A stretch of DNA of 64,000 bases from Narcine bancroftii. Taxonomy: Eukaryota. The stretch's first letter is position 1; every line of letters begins with the position of its first letter. Under the pieces are notes generated by a model that saw nothing but the letters and a program-made list of their open reading frames with translations, ran no database searches and was not told the origin of the DNA. The stretch lies in NCBI RefSeq assembly GCF_036971445.1, contig NC_091473.1:243660001-243724000 (forward strand). Direction: 5' to 3'. Shown here in pieces: positions 47,269 through 61,113 of the stretch. A program made the translations under genes and the position numbers.

Positions 47269-49139
47269 GTAAGTAACTAAGCATTTTTATATCTTTTTAG
47301 ACAAGTGAAGTATTTCTTGAGTCTGATAGTCCACAGGCACATTTTGTTAAAGCATATGGTTTCAGCTCTCACCATCACTAAATGGTCGGCATAGTCAGCG
47401 TAACACTATTACAATGTGACCTGGATTCAAATCCGGTGCTGTCTGTAAGAAATTTGTACGTTCTCCTTGTGACCTGCATGGGTGCTCCGGTTTCCTCCCA
47501 CCTTCAAAATGTATGGGGGTGGTAGGTTAATTGGGGTATTTTGGAGGCACGGGCCCGTGGGCTGGAAGGGCCAGTTACAGTGCTCTATGTCTAAATTTAA
47601 AAACAGGGTTGGGAATAGTTAGTTCAGTCTGATCATGAGCCATGGGTGGATGGGCACAGAGGCAATATAGAAACTCTTCCAAATGTTAAGTTTTTGTTTG
47701 CTCCCCAATTGGATAAGCTGGGACATTTTTTCACTGGGATGTAGGAGGCTGAGTGGTAACCTTGTCGACTTCATAAAATTACGAGGAGCACAGATAAAGT
47801 GAATGGCTACGGTCTCTTTCCCAGGGTAAGAAGGTCTAAAACTAAGGAGGATAGCTTTGCTATGAGGGGAAATACTTGAAAGGGACCTGAGGGGATTTTT
47901 TTTTCATTCAGAGTGATGGGTAGATGGAACGAGCTGCCAGAGAATGTGTTAGAGGTGGTTACAATGTTTAAGACACATTCAGCCAGGAACGTGATAGAAA
48001 AGAGCCAAATTTAGGCAAATGGGAGAAGCTCAAGAAGGCAACTTTGGACCAAAGAGTTTCCCTCTGGTCTGTATAACTGACTTTTTATGCTATCATGGAA
48101 CAGCTGTTGCAGGGTAATTCTGGGACACCCTGGTCTTCCCCACACAGTTTTGGACTGATACTCCTACCAAGTAAGGCCTTTCATTTGTGTTGCCTCATTT
48201 GTACATGTTGCAGCACTGCCACCTCTATCAGCCCTCCATCATAGCACTCCAATGTCACTACTCCTCTTCAGCCTCAGCAGGGCCTGCCATTACTGACCAT
48301 CCCAGTCACATTAGGCATCCTCTCTAAGTGAACACCTTGGAATGAAATACGGGATGCACCAAATTTTTGACGAAGGATACTTGTACCAACCATTCAATTG
48401 CACCTGCAGTTGTCATTGATACCTTGCTGTGTGCTCAGCTATAATTTAATCAGTTGGGTGAATTTCTAGGCTATGCCGTTGTTGCTTTTAAAATAATTCA
48501 CTTGGTAGGGTAGTTCAGCAGAGAATTATATTGAGTGACTGTGGTCATATACAGCCTCAAGCAAAGTAAATATGTGGTTTCCTTCTCAAAAAGCATTAGT
48601 GAATTGACTGGGTTTTACCATGTTCCCACAACTCAGGTCTCACTTTTCCTGCAAGTTTAGACACGTATTTCACAATCTCAGGATATTCTAAACTTTTTAA
48701 AAAATTGGCAGCAACATGTATTTGAAGTGTGGGTACTTCAGTAAATGTAAGAACAGCAACAGTAATATTGTGTACACTCAACTCCCATAAACAACAAAGT
48801 GATAAGACTGATTTAGTGATTACAAAGTTGTAATATAATGATGACAGTTGAAGGATTGATCTCAGCCATGATACTGATGAGATCTCTGGCTTCTGTTCAG
48901 ATTAGTTCCAACTAAGACTTAAGTAACATAAAATGCCAATTCTGATCACCTCGCGCTCCTGCAGAACTGTGCTAGGGAGCATAAATATGTTCTCAAGGGA
49001 GTTTTAATTTCTGGACCTCTGATTCAAGGGAGAGAGCTACTCACTGTAACTAGGGAAAATACGAATTCTAAATTGGCCCTTGGTGATATTTGTTCGATGC
49101 CTCTAATTCAATTAACTCAATAAATTGGATTCCTTGCAG

Positions 49140-49353
49140 AGAGAAGACACGGGTCCCTAAACAAACTGTCAGCACGGAAAGCTCAACCCTTGACTTCCCC
49201 AAACGTCATCCTGCAGAAATCAAGATGCAACAGTGTTCAAACTGCAGTTACCTCCAATCACGGCACCCGATCCTCCAAAGAGAAGTTGCACAGCCCTGGT
49301 AATAAGGTGCTACAGTTAGACGTGCCTTCAAAGAGACCAAAAGAAAATTTGTG
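49140..49353 (+). CDS. ATXN7L2: ATXN7L2 coding exon 4 (ERRHGSLNKL..KENLC)
   Basis: ttgcag acceptor, TG|gtaagt donor, open frame, phases 1/2. ERRH completes the zinc finger. Confidence 0.92.
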
Positions 49354-51758
49354 GTAAGTTCATTTTCTTTTTGACCGTGATCCAGTTGGGGAAAAAGCAA
49401 GACTTTCAGTGTCACGTCAATGTGGCTCATAATTATTGCATTCTAATCGTGGTCAGAGAGTTGGGATTTTTCTCCTAAAAGCAATCAAGGTTAAGAGTAG
49501 ATTTAATTCAAGTGATGAGAAGCATGAACAAAGACATAAGGGAAACTGATTCCAGTGGCAGGAGCCAGATTACATGGTAAATGCTAGGAGAAATCGGTTG
49601 TTCAGGCAGCCACCTGTGGAAAGAGAACTACATTCAGGCTGATTCAGGTTCATCAGAAAAAGCAAGAAAACATCCCTTATTTTAAATTGCAGAGGAAGTT
49701 GAAGACAAAACAATGCAAGAAACAAAACAAGAAACTGAGTGACACAGATGTGGCAAGGCATGTTAACTGTAGCTGATCTGTCTGGAGGAGATGTAAACAG
49801 AGGGAAATGAATGAGAACATAAGGAAGAAACAAAGTGCTGGAACACAGCAAAATTGAGAAATTTGAAAGCAAAGGGAACATTGGAAAAGTCTGGTGGGTC
49901 GAATGACCTTCTGTGAAGGTGAAAGCTAACTTAGCTTTATAGGCTGATGATCTTGTATCAACGCTATCCATTTAAAATTTATTAAATTTGGACATACAAC
50001 ACAGTAACAGGCCATTTCAGCCCACGAGTCTATGTCACCCAATTTATTCCCGATTAACGTACACCCCTGGTACGTTTTGAACGGTGGGAGGAAACCGCAG
50101 CCCCTGGAGAAAACCCACGCATACACGAGGGGAATGTACAAATTCCTTACAGACAGCACAGGATTTGAATCCCGGTCCAGTCCCGATCTCTGGTGCTGTA
50201 ACGGTATTGTGCAAACCACTATGCCAACTGTGCCACCCGGGTTTCTGATACAAACTGGAAAGGCTGGTTATCTGAAATTGTTAGTCAGTGTGCACCCTCA
50301 GATGTTGTTCCCAAAGCTCTTCTGGCCTTTGTTGGAACAATAATGAGACTAAAGACGGGGAGACAAGAATGTCACTTTAAAAGAAAATAAAGATTAATAG
50401 ATAACTGGAAGCTCAGAGTCACCATGGTAGATTGACTAGAGATATATGTAGATGTGGACCAGGGTAGAGAACCAGCCAAATTTTAGTGGAATGGGGTTCA
50501 GTATGTCCTTTCAAAAGACAGGTATATGAAGTAAAATAAATGGTAATGCGATGGTGGGGTGTGGGGGGAAGCAAGAGGTAAGATTATTTCCATCAGTACT
50601 ATGTACATCGTGTAATGTGTATGACAATAAACTCATTATCATTCTTTGGATGTTTGTTTCTAATGGTCAGCCTGTGCATATTGGAGCAGATAGTGTTGTT
50701 GGATTCCAGTGATTATGGCAAGTAACAATTGTTTGTGACTCTTACCTCCTGAAAGCATTTGGCAGATAAAGCTGAACTTGTCCCGGAGGGTCTGAACATT
50801 ACCCATGCCAGAGGGAAGCGGTACATTGACCTTTTGTGCAAGATTATGAGAGCGGAAGTAAACATGTTTTACTGAAATTGTATTGGCCCTGGTGAGACTA
50901 TGCCCAAAATATTGTATACGGATTTGGTTTCCCTACCCAAGGAAGAATATAGTTGAAACAGAGGCTATATTGAAAAAAAATCACCAGATTGGTTCATGGT
51001 GTGTGATTCTCCCATAAGGACAGATCAAACAGATTTGGCGAATGCGTTCTCGGGTTTTGAAGTATGAGAAGTAATCTCATTGATAAATCTGAGATTCTCA
51101 TGGAGTTCCACGGAAGATACATACATGATGTTACTGTAGGTTAGATGTTTAAAGCCAGGGGTCATAACCTATGCCTTTCAAGTCAAAATTGAAAAGACAT
51201 TCTTCACCAGAAGTCTTTGGATTTTCCCAGTTCAAGAGGGCTGCCGAGTCTCCATAGCTGAGTATATTCAAAACAAAGATAACTGGATTTCTGGACATTA
51301 AAGGAAATGGGATTAGTACAGAAAAATGGTGCTGATGTAAAGACCAAGTGCAACTTTAATGCCAGAGCAGGCATGAAAGGCACAACATTGTAATTCAGTG
51401 TATATTTCTCTATGGATGCAATAAGCAGTGAGAGCCAACCACTTATTTGATCACCAGTGCTATTGTACTTAAGCCTGATCCTTTCTTTGCATTATTCTCT
51501 TGTAGATGAACCCTTCAGTTGCATGTGTCAGTTTAAAACATGTCTTTACCCAGTGAGCTGCATGTTTAAAGAAAGTCCCCTCCCTCCAGGTTTTCTCTTG
51601 GAAAATGAACAAGAGAAGATATTGAACTTGGGGAAGGTGGGCTTTATCTGGGTAACAAGCCGATGAACACTTGCCATTAGAGGTTTAGGCGAAAGCATGT
51701 TTAAATTGAACTGGATATCTGAATTTTATTGATTGACTTCCACTGCTCTTCCTTTCAG

Positions 51759-52078
51759 CTTGTTTGTTCCTGTGGTGAACCTGGAAAAGATCCCATCTCT
51801 TGGAAAGACAGAGAGTTCTTGCATCAAAGTGGCTGCCAAGACTCCTGCAGTTTCCCCCTCCTCTCCTCAATCTGTCTTGCCACCTGAGAAACCTAACCTG
51901 CCCCCCATCCTTGATTCTGTGACAAAGACGGGGGCAGTGGATGCAAACCCAAAAGTGACTGACCTCTCACACCCAGGACCGGTAATTCAGAATGGTAAAG
52001 ATGAGAGGTCCCTTGTGGTGGAAGAACCATCATTCAGTAACAGGAGAAACAACCATAAAGTCCACAGGAGAGTAATGG
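51759..52078 (+). CDS. ATXN7L2: ATXN7L2 coding exon 5 (LFVPVVNLEKIPSL..HKVHRRVM)
   Basis: tttcag acceptor, G|gtgagt donor, phases 2/1. CLFVPVVNLEK is as in ATXN7L2. Confidence 0.93.
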
Positions 52079-52479
52079 GTGAGTTTGAAGTTGAATTCCT
52101 GTGCTCCTCTCTTTCAAAGCCAAAAATGTCACGAATGGACATGCAGGAGAAATGGGAAGTTGGATACTAATTTATTGGTAGTATTTGGAATTAGCTTGAA
52201 CTTGTACTTTGTTCTCTGATTTTAAGATCAAGTTCATTGACCTCTGCTTTATGGTGGAGAAGTATACCATTTCCTGCCCTCACAGATATTGCTGTTTATG
52301 CCCAGAATAATTTGATGTAGTGTAGAAGCTTTATTCCTTCTTTAATTCATTTTAATCTGCCCTTATTATTTAATGTAGCAATATAGAAAGAGCATTTCTC
52401 TATTTAAATTAGGGGAACCTCCTTAGAATGTTTCAGTTGTTGAGGGGTGGGCTGTACTCTCTATCATTCCAATCACATC

Positions 52480-52820
52480 TCACTGTAAGTAATCCCCATG
52501 CTATTGGTGCTCTGTGATTAGTAAGGGATGGGTTAAGGTGGGAGGTGAGTGGGAAGGGAAAGTTGAGAATCACTGCTCTGGACCCAATTGTTACTGAAGT
52601 ATTTTGCTTGAGGAAAAATTGTCATTGGCCCATTTCCTTTGGAGTTATGAAACCGTGCACATAACGAGTCAATGAGGTACGATTAAAACAGTGGTTTTCA
52701 AACTTTTTCTTTCCATCCACATATCACCTCAAGCAATCCCTTACTAATCACAGAGCACCTATGGGATAGGGAATACTTAAAAGTGGTACATGAGTGGAAA
52801 GAAAAAGGTTGAGAACCTCT
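52480..52820. mobile_element. Composite hAT-type MITE (two MITE modules around a ~115-bp spacer)
   Basis: One module ends gttgagaatcactg at about 52575; the second is cagtggttttcaaac..gttgagaacctctg at 52689-52820. The spacer is shared, inverted, with 46856-46925. Confidence 0.65.
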
Positions 52821-54893
52821 GCTCTAGATGAAACCACTGCAGTTCCTAGCAAAGAAGTGTTTGATGCTCAGATGTTCCATATCTATTCAATGTTGTTAAT
52901 ATATTAATAGAAATGCTCTACCTAGCTTGGAACCTTTTGGTTGGACAGTGTAGAAAGAGTTTTAACCTTGTGCTATGACTGTATGAGAGAGTTATTTTGT
53001 CATGTATAAGTACATGTACAGATCCACCAACATTTGTACTTGCTGCAGCCATACCCAGATCAGATCAGATACCATTTTTTGTCACATAATAAAACAGAAA
53101 TGTAATATTACACAAAATTGTCTTTAGTCTGCCATAAGGTAGACAAAGATTTGCCATTAGCATCTCCCGGCACCCCTTATCGTCTGAGAAAGAGAAAGGC
53201 TCCAATTCAGTTCAAACCGTCGGCAACCTGAGCCCAGATCCAAATTGCTGACACGATTAGCGGCCAGGGCCCTTCAGGAGCCCTCAGCACCCCTCGGCCT
53301 GTGTGTGTTCCTTGCCCACAAATTGCCAACTGGTTGCAGCCTGCGTGTGTCCTTCAGCTGCTGAGCTCCTGGTTAGTCTGCCACCGTAGTCACCGTCCTT
53401 TAGGACATCTCCCCTGCTTCCCCTTCTCAGCGGGGGGTGGGTGTGTGTACTTCCCCTCTCTGGTACCCTGCGCCAGTCCAGTGCTCCCTCGGAGTCTGCA
53501 ATCCCTCAAGGCTGCTGCCATCTTGGGCCCAGACACCATGGTCACAGGATTTTAAATAAAATGTCATTGGCTCCATTAACGGGCTGTTTAAAGCCTGTAC
53601 AGAGCCATCGGCAGTACAAAAATACACCAACAATTATGGCATCAATTAATTTGCCATGGGACAGAAAAAGAAGTGATAAATATAAAAGGATAAATAAATA
53701 TTTATAAGCTGTGCCTGTACAATCTTCTCAAGACAAGAAAGTGTCTTTCCTCAAAACATAATTTGTGTAACAAGAGAAAGGTAACGCAAGTGGTAAGAGA
53801 AACTGAGAAAGGTAACAGCTGCATTATTTTCACTTAATGCAAACTCTTTAACAAATGCCACTCAAAAAATGATGACAGCTATTTGCCAGAACCTTTCTTT
53901 AAAGTACCTTCTTACAAAAGAAAGTAAAATATTGAGAATCTCTCTACTGTTGAACAATTCTTCCTTGCGGACAGATCAGTGGCAAGGTGGGCGCATTCAT
54001 CAGTCTGAAGTCTACTGGGGGTGACCCACACACTAGAAGTCTGACATTTGTGGAACTCTGACTTCAGCTTCTAAAGCAGAAATGGGATGTTGGAAGTGGT
54101 TCCAACACTAACTTTAAGATGAAATGATGAGTAGGTCTGGTCCCATTGCCCTGATTGCCAATAGCAATCTCTCTTAGAAACTACTTAATTGTCGCGGGCA
54201 CACAGGATTGGGCTTGGTTAAGATGCCACATTCCTCCACTTGTTGAATAGCTTGAGAAAACGTTGCTGTTTGACTACCCATGGTCCTGGGTAGTCATGGT
54301 ACTGGGAAGTGGGCTGTTCCTGCAGACCCATCCTCTACTGAAGAGTTGAGACATTCTGAACGTTATGCAACAGTGGAGAGCTGAGCCTTGCTCTGATGAA
54401 CACATACACCTGCAAATGTTGATGGAGGTGATAAGACTTTGAGTCAGCAAGGAGAGAGGAGACTAAGAATTATCTTGCAGTTTCATTTGTCTCAGTCTTC
54501 CTTTCCTTAAAACCTTTTTAATATGATTGTCATTTTGTTTGATAACTACTTCTGTGAAAGGTCTTTGAATGTTTTACTACATTAAAGGAGCCTTGTAAAT
54601 TCAAACTTTCAATACAGCATTCAGTTCCACATCATTGGACTTTTTGAAGATTTCCCTATTTTTATTTCTTCTGTTATTCCACTCATTGAAACCTCCTGTT
54701 GTATCAGTTTATTTCACATTACAAAAATAAAATGTTCTAGGAAAGGGTCTTAGGCTTAACCTGATCCTCTCTTATAACAAAAGAGTTGTATTTAAGTGTT
54801 TCTGCAGGGCAAAATTAAGACTCGATGTACCTCGGGGACTTTTAACAGGAAACATCTGTCATACCGCATAACCTCTACTTAATCTCTCAACAG

Positions 54894-54976
54894 AGAAAGA
54901 AAGTGACCTCAATAAGCACTGTGGAGTCATGGATCCAGAGACCAAGAAGCATTGCACACGTTCATTAACTTGTAAG
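54894..54976 (+). CDS. ATXN7L2: ATXN7L2 coding exon 6 (EKESDLNKHCGVMDPETKKHCTRSLTCK), SCA7 domain part 1
   Basis: caacag acceptor, AAG|gtaact donor, phases 1/0. SCA7 zinc-finger motif. Confidence 0.97.
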
Positions 54977-57119
54977 GTAACTTTTACCCCACCCCACCCC
55001 CTCCCCGCGGCCCCTAATCTTTATTTTAGATTTGTTTCTTTTTCCCTGAAGGCAAAATTTCAGGACTGCTCATTTGCAGAATTTATAATGCCCAGGCATA
55101 CAGATTTAAGTCTAGAAGTAAAACAAACAAAATTTGATTCTTAAACATTACAGTAACTTTTTGTTTAGGGGTTTGTGCAGTAGATAATGAAGACAAGAAA
55201 AACTTTCTTGACTTTATAGCTAACTTTTGGTGTGTGCAATCTGGTCCCTAAGGGTTTGAAGAGGAATTTTCCAAAGTATTTTTTCCCCCTTTATTGGCCC
55301 TGGGCTTTATTACCTCAGGAGATGACATGGGAGGGAGGCAGTGTTAGTCAATGTTCCAGTTATTGTAAGGTAAGACAGATTTAATGACGCAGCTGGTCTT
55401 TTCCTGCCTTTGGGCTTCCAATATTTTTTTCTGTCACATCAGGCAGGAGCGATGGAGGTGACTCATTCTGCAATCCAGAAGGGATTAAAATCTGACTGGT
55501 TCAGTTCCTAAATGTTAGAAATATGCTGAATCAGCAAACCAAGCTGTGCTTGTATGCTTTAATGCTACAAGCCATGTAACTAACTGCATATTGTTTGATG
55601 CGCTGTTTCCCCAAACCTGCAATGTTCCCTCAGGACTGCTTAATTAATGCAACATGCCCTTCCAAGGCTCCAGATCTCAGGGTGGTACTCCCTGTGTGGC
55701 TTTTCAGCCAGTGCATACTCCCTTGAGGTTGCCTTTCTAACTCAGCAGTGTTCTCTTGGTGACATCTGTTGGTGCAGCACTCACTCTGGACTGCCTATCC
55801 AATGAAATCATCCTCCCCACACTACGTCTTTATTTTATAATTTTTTATTTAACACTTCACCGTGAACCACGTCAGTAACAATATATACAGATATTCAGTA
55901 TTTATATGTACACAGTGACATTTTCATTTTTTTTCCATACACCGTGTCTTTGACAGGGCATTGCTGCTCCAGGACTACTCTATGAGATGGACACTATCTC
56001 CACTGATTGATATTGGTCCTGATATTGGCATTGCAATGATTTCCTAAGATCCTTGTGCTTGTTTGTGAAATCTCACATGGCATCACTACAGTAAAACTGC
56101 TTGTATCTGGGACCAATGGGGATTGGTAGATGCCTGGATAAGTGTATTTTCCGGTTGCTTGACACTAACAATTGCCTAATTAATATACCTGCATTAAGAA
56201 TATACAGTTTGAAAAACAAAAATACTGTACTTACAAACTTCATTTGCATGAATATATAAATATTAAAGCATTTCACTTTATTTTCAGTCATATTCTTTGA
56301 AAACACAGCTGTCGCTGCATCTGCAGGTTCCTCCCCCTCCACAAAGCGGCTTGAAAGATGAACAATAACATTATAGATAATTATTCCCTCCCTCCCCCAA
56401 GTTTACAAATAAAGCCTCTGACTGGGGCAATTCTCACTAAGCAGGGATAAAGAGACATTTTAAGAGAGTCACATCAACGGCGAGCAGCATCAACCAGCTC
56501 TTCATCCCGGGCGACACCATTGCTGTTTCACACAACTTTATTCAAACAGCTGCTATGAGCAAAGCACGACCAAGGCCCCCCGCTGGCTGAAAATTTGCTC
56601 TCTTCTTCACCAAAGGTTTATGTGTTACCTTAGGGAACATTTACTTTTACAATTTTAAACATGCATATTTTTTACTTGTTATTTTATTTTATTCTTATTT
56701 ATTTTAATTTTTAAAATTTATTTTCTCAATTTTTTTTAAACCAGTTGCTTTAAGCTGTCAATTGCTTGAATTCCAGATACCAGGGGTTTTACTGTATTTC
56801 CTATCCCTGTTACTTCCACCATTTCTTCATATTTCCAGAATTCCTGTACTTCTTCCTTTCAATTTCTTTTGCACAATCTCACATCATTTCATCAGTGACA
56901 GGCAATTTCTTCATCTGGCAAAAGCCATGAGCTCTGGAATTTCCTCTTGAAAGTTCTGAGCCTCATTACCTTTCTTTTGCAATTTGCTGGCAAATATTTT
57001 TCCCTGTGAAGAACCTTGCTGTGTTTGTCTCTGCAAATATTAATGCACATTGTTTCCTTTCTCTCCCTCGCCACTGCGGCCAGCTAATGGTAAACCTGTC
57101 ACCTTTCATCCCACATTAG

Positions 57120-57355
57120 ATGCACTCGCTGACTCAGAGAAGGAACGTGCTTGGGCGACGGCTGGCATTCGACGAGTTGCTGGCAGAGCATCGGGCGAGC
57201 TTGAAGAACAAAGAAGGTGGAAAGGAGAGAAAGCAACAGGCCAAAGAGGCAGCGCCACTTTCACCTGCGCAGGAGGCGGACACTGGAGGCTGGGGTCCAC
57301 TAATGGCAGGAGACTCCCTGAACCACACAAAGCCTGTCTGCTGTCTTGGCTCCAG
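57120..57355 (+). CDS. ATXN7L2: ATXN7L2 coding exon 7 (MHSLTQRRNVLGRRLAFDELLAEHR..), SCA7 domain part 2
   Basis: attag acceptor, AG|gtatt donor, phases 0/2. Motif HSL.QRR.V.GR...FD.LLAEH. Confidence 0.93.
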
Positions 57356-58639
57356 GTATTATCCACATTTCTCGCACTGAAAAATACTACCACCATTTTT
57401 GTAAGAAAAGTTAGAGAGTTATGGGTGAGGTTGGGAAGGGTTCGATTGTTGTGCATTAGGTCAGCACAACATCATGTGCTGTAAAATTCTATGTTCTTGG
57501 AATGTAGTTGGTGTAGCTTTTTGATGGAGTAGTGGTAGAATTGTGAAAGTAGGGTTGGGGAGTTTAACCACAGGAGGCACAACCTAAAATGAGGGAAAAG
57601 CTGATCAAAAGTGAAATCAGAAAATGTTTTTTGCAGCAACTTGGCGAAAATCTAGAACCCTCTTGAAATCTGGGTGTAAGGAGTTAATAGCAGTTTTTAT
57701 TATTGATTTCGGGGGGGGGGGGGGAGTGGATAAATGGGTTGAGATGCAAGTCGACGTGTTCTTGTTCACTGACAGGCGGTAAAGACTTTCTGTTCCTTTC
57801 TCCTGAGGGAATGAAATTTCGGTCCCATGTTTATTGAACATGACTGACTGCTTGGATCCAGATATCGTTTCTGGTGTTAGATCATAGTGACGTTCTAACA
57901 CAATCCTTAGCAATTCAGGGGTATCTCACTCAGGCTTACTGCACCATACTGCAAGGTGTGTACTCAAACATTGCAGCAGATATTCTCAAATCTACACTGT
58001 CAAATCAGCCCTGCTGTCCCAGGCCCCAGAGGTAGAAAGTCATTTTCTGGCCTCACGGTCTCTCTGCTGATACAACATCACATTTGAAGGAATTGGAATG
58101 TGTGCTGCTTTCTGGATATTAAAAGCTTCTCTCACCCTCTGATAGCATCCTTATGAACCCCCACTAGACAGAGGACAAGCAAGATTCAACCTCTTTACTG
58201 TGGTTCTGGGATTGTATACAGGCCAGACACTGCAAGGTCAAGTGATTTCCTTCTCTAAAAGACACTTGTGAAAGATGTTTTTTTGTATCAATCCAGCAAT
58301 TTCATGGTTATCCTCATTGGTATTCCTTCAAAATTAACTTCTACCATATAGATTAAGACTTTAGATCATATGGTAGAATTTAAACTCTTGTTGAGATATC
58401 ATTAGTCAAGGCATCTGGATTGAAGTTAAATAATTCATCCTGCCTTTCCCTGTATGCTGCTGGATTTTTTAACCATTGGAATCAGTACCAATGGAGAAGT
58501 GCCTGCGAGTCTGTTGTGTAAATAAGTCTCAAGAAGGAAATTTGGGAGTTGCTGTGTTTTATAGCTGAGTTAATGGGGGTTCATGGAGTTATAAAGCAGG
58601 GAAGGGGGCAAAAAAGCCCATTACATATGTTGAACATAG

Positions 58640-59615
58640 AACAATAGAACACTAAAGCACAGAAACAGGCCCCTTCTAGTCTGTGCCAAACCTTTTTTTT
58701 TGCCTAGTCCAACTGACCTGCACCCGCTCCATAGCCCTCCATACCTCTCCCATCCATGTACCTGTCCAAGTTCTTCTTAAATGTTAAAATTGAGTCTGCA
58801 TTCACCACCTCAGCTGGCAGCACGTTCCACACTCCCACTACTCTCTTTGTGAAGAAGTTCTCCCTCACTTTCCCCCAAACTTTTTCCCTTTCACTCTTAA
58901 CCCTTGTCCTTTGGTTTGTATCTCATCTACCCTCAATGCAAAAAGCCTATCTACATTTACTCTGTCTCTCCCCCTCATAATTTTAAATACCTATATCAAA
59001 TCTCCTCCCATTCTTCTATGCTCCAGGGAATAAAGTCCTAACCTGTTTAACCCTCCCCTGTATCTCAGTTCCTCAAGTCCGGACAACATGCTAGTAAATC
59101 TTCTCTGCACTTTTTCTGTCTTATTGATAACTTTCCTGTAGTTAGGTTTATCCTTCCAAAATGCCACACCTCGCACTTGCCTGCATTAAATTCCATCTTC
59201 CATTTTTCATCCCATTTTTCCAGCTGGTCCAGATCCCTCTGAAAGCTTTAAAAACCTTCTCTGCTGTCCATAATGCCTTCAATCTTAGTGTCTTCTGCTA
59301 ACTTGCTGATCCAATTTACCACATTATTATCCAGATCAGTGATACAGATGACAAACAACAATAGTCCCAGCACAGATCCCTGAGGCACACCACTAGTCAT
59401 AGGCCTCCAATCTGAGAAGCAATCATCCACTATTACTCTGGTTTCTCCCGTCTAGCAATTGTCAAATCCAGTTCACTACCTCACCATTAATATCTGGCAT
59501 CTGAACTTTCCTAATTAACCTCCCATGTGGGACATTGTCAAAGGCCTTACTAAAGTCCATGTAGACAACATCCATTGCCTTTCTTTCATCAACTTTCTTG
59601 GTAACCTCCTCAAAA
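58640..59615 (-). mobile_element. CR1 LINE RT and 3' region, internally deleted
   Basis: Minus ORFs SDWRPMTSGVPQGSVLG.LLFVI.ITDLD..SKLAEDTKI and KVQRRFTSML..LEHRRMGGDLI. Confidence 0.88.
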
Positions 59616-59616
59616 G

Positions 59617-61113
59617 AGCTCTGGGCAGGTTTGACCTATCGTCCCAATGGCATGGCGCGACAGGTTTTTGACTCCATCCACAGGCTGGCACATCCATCAA
59701 TCAGGACCACGATCCAGTTGGTGGCCAGCAAGTAAGCATGGTATGGGTTGCAGAAACAAGTCAGCAGTAGGGCCAAGACGTGAACGCAGTGCCAAACAGC
59801 CAAGAATCAGCGGCACACCAAGGTCCTCCCGTAGCCTTTCAAGCCAACGGAACAAAGGTTTGACCACATGTGGTCATAGTGGGACCCTTACGAGTCTCCA
59901 CTACCTGTTCACGGTGGTCGACCGTTTCACCTGGTGGCCAGAAGCAATCCCCCTGGCCGACACATCCACCAGGTCCTGCGCCAAGGTACTCGTCTCGTCC
60001 TGGATAGCAAGGTTTGGACTACCATGCCACATAACCTCCAACAGAGACATACAATTTACCACCAGCCTGTGGACCGATGTTGCTATCCTGTGGGGCACTC
60101 AGCATTCCACCCGCAGTCTAACGGGCTGGTTGAGCGCTTCCACAGCCACCTCAAGGCCATCTTTATGATCAGACTCAAGAGCCCCAACTGGGTGGATGAA
60201 CTGCCATGGGCACTGCTGTGGATTCGTACAACCCCGAAGGAAGATCTCCTCACATCCTCCGCTGAGCTCATCTATAGACCATAAGTAATGGTCCCTGGGG
60301 ATTTCGTCCTACCGGCCAGAGGACAACAGACGGATACAACCACCTTCCTAGACAGACTACAGGAAAAGGTCGGTAACCTGGCTCCGATCCCACCCTCCAG
60401 ACACGGGCAAGCTAAGTTCAACATCCCTAAAGAACTCTAAGACCGTGAGTTTGTGTTCATGTGCAGAGGGCCACACTGTTCACCGCTACAGAAGCCCTAT
60501 GAAGGCCCCTTCCGAGTCACCTGGAACAATGGGGCCACCTTCGAACTGGACATCCGGGGAAAACCAGAGGTCTTCATTGCAGACAGGCTCAAACCAGCAC
60601 ACATGGACCTGACACAACCCGTGGAGACACCAGCACCTCGACGCAGAGGCAGACCACCAAAGACATTATGGGACTGCATCCAAGGTCACTATGAACTGTA
60701 GCAACGGTGCTGGGGGGGGGGGGGATGGGGGAGGAAGGGGAGTCGTGTGGCGGCCCGCCACTGCGGAGATTAGGCTGGCACATCACGCGGAGGTAAACAG
60801 CAGCATAACACACTGTTACACGTTCCTTAACACAGCGAACCGGTACGGTTGAAAGCTGGAGCAGTACAAGACCAGCAGCCCTAAAATGGCACAAGCTGCC
60901 CAGCTAACAGATCAATAACAGGCTGGAGAAGTAGGTTATTCACATGTAAGAATGTTCCCACCCACTATTGTTATTCATGTAACTGATGTCAGCCAATCAA
61001 ACAAACGGCGGGAACTCCAACTGTATAAAAGGAGCCTTTCCAGCCTCAATAAATCTCAAAGCTTAACCTCCCATATTGCAAGTGTGTGTGTTTCTTTGTA
61101 GCAGTCGGCTACA
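59617..61113 (+). mobile_element. 5'-truncated Gypsy LTR retrotransposon: decayed integrase, PPT and 3' LTR (60746-61113)
   Basis: H..AHP..CQTAK zinc finger, YLFTVVDRFTWWPEAIPL, HPQSNGLVERFH, PLQKPYEGPFRV. G-rich PPT at 60712-60742. LTR TGTGGC..GCTACA with TATAAAA near 61024 and AATAAA near 61048. Confidence 0.9.
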
